DNA of 12,881 bases from NCBI GenBank assembly GCA_043228905.1, contig JBHGNT010001018.1, positions 1 to 12,881 of the forward strand, given 5' to 3'. The notes under the pieces are model-generated. The model was not told where the DNA came from. It ran no database searches and was given only the letters and a program-made list of their open reading frames with translations. The DNA is from Azolla caroliniana (Eukaryota; Plantae; Polypodiophyta). The translations under genes and the position numbers were made by a program. Shown piece after piece: positions 12,634 through 12,881 of the stretch (positions are counted from its first letter, which is position 1; each line of letters starts with the position of its first letter).

Positions 12634-12881
12634 TATATTATAAGGTTTTGTAGTGATTCCCCAATATTCTATAAAACTCACAATGCCCAAGTTCGTTGAC
12701 ATAAGACTACACTTGAAATAAGATAAAACATTCTATCATGAATAACCGAATCTCCATTATGACCTCATTAACCATGATGCAAATAACTTCCAAGCCATGC
12801 TTAAATATTGAATCTAGCTTTCATTCAAAAAAAGTGACTCATAACTCAATCCTATTTGGCCTTATACTTGTCGAAAATTTT

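Overview
Eukaryotic, AT-rich, intron-containing land-plant genomic DNA; the species cannot be determined from the sequence. The one intact gene is a six-coding-exon adenylate kinase on the + strand (ATG 9089 to TAG 11642, 244 aa, all introns GT-AG) with a probable 5'-UTR intron. The left 2.4 kb is a cluster of transposon remnants: a probable minus-strand LTR (1-~1094) abutting a hAT/MITE-like element (~1095-1391), then a 5'-truncated, decayed LINE with a target-site duplication (1516-2411). A second copy of the hAT/MITE-like family starts at 12481. The intergenic region holds a 213-bp near-perfect foldback (3516-3728), a 2x132-bp tandem duplication and a 26-bp minisatellite just upstream of the kinase. 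I see no convincing novel multi-gene system. The best leads are the hairpin, the nested-insertion junction and the repeat-built promoter and leader of the kinase gene.
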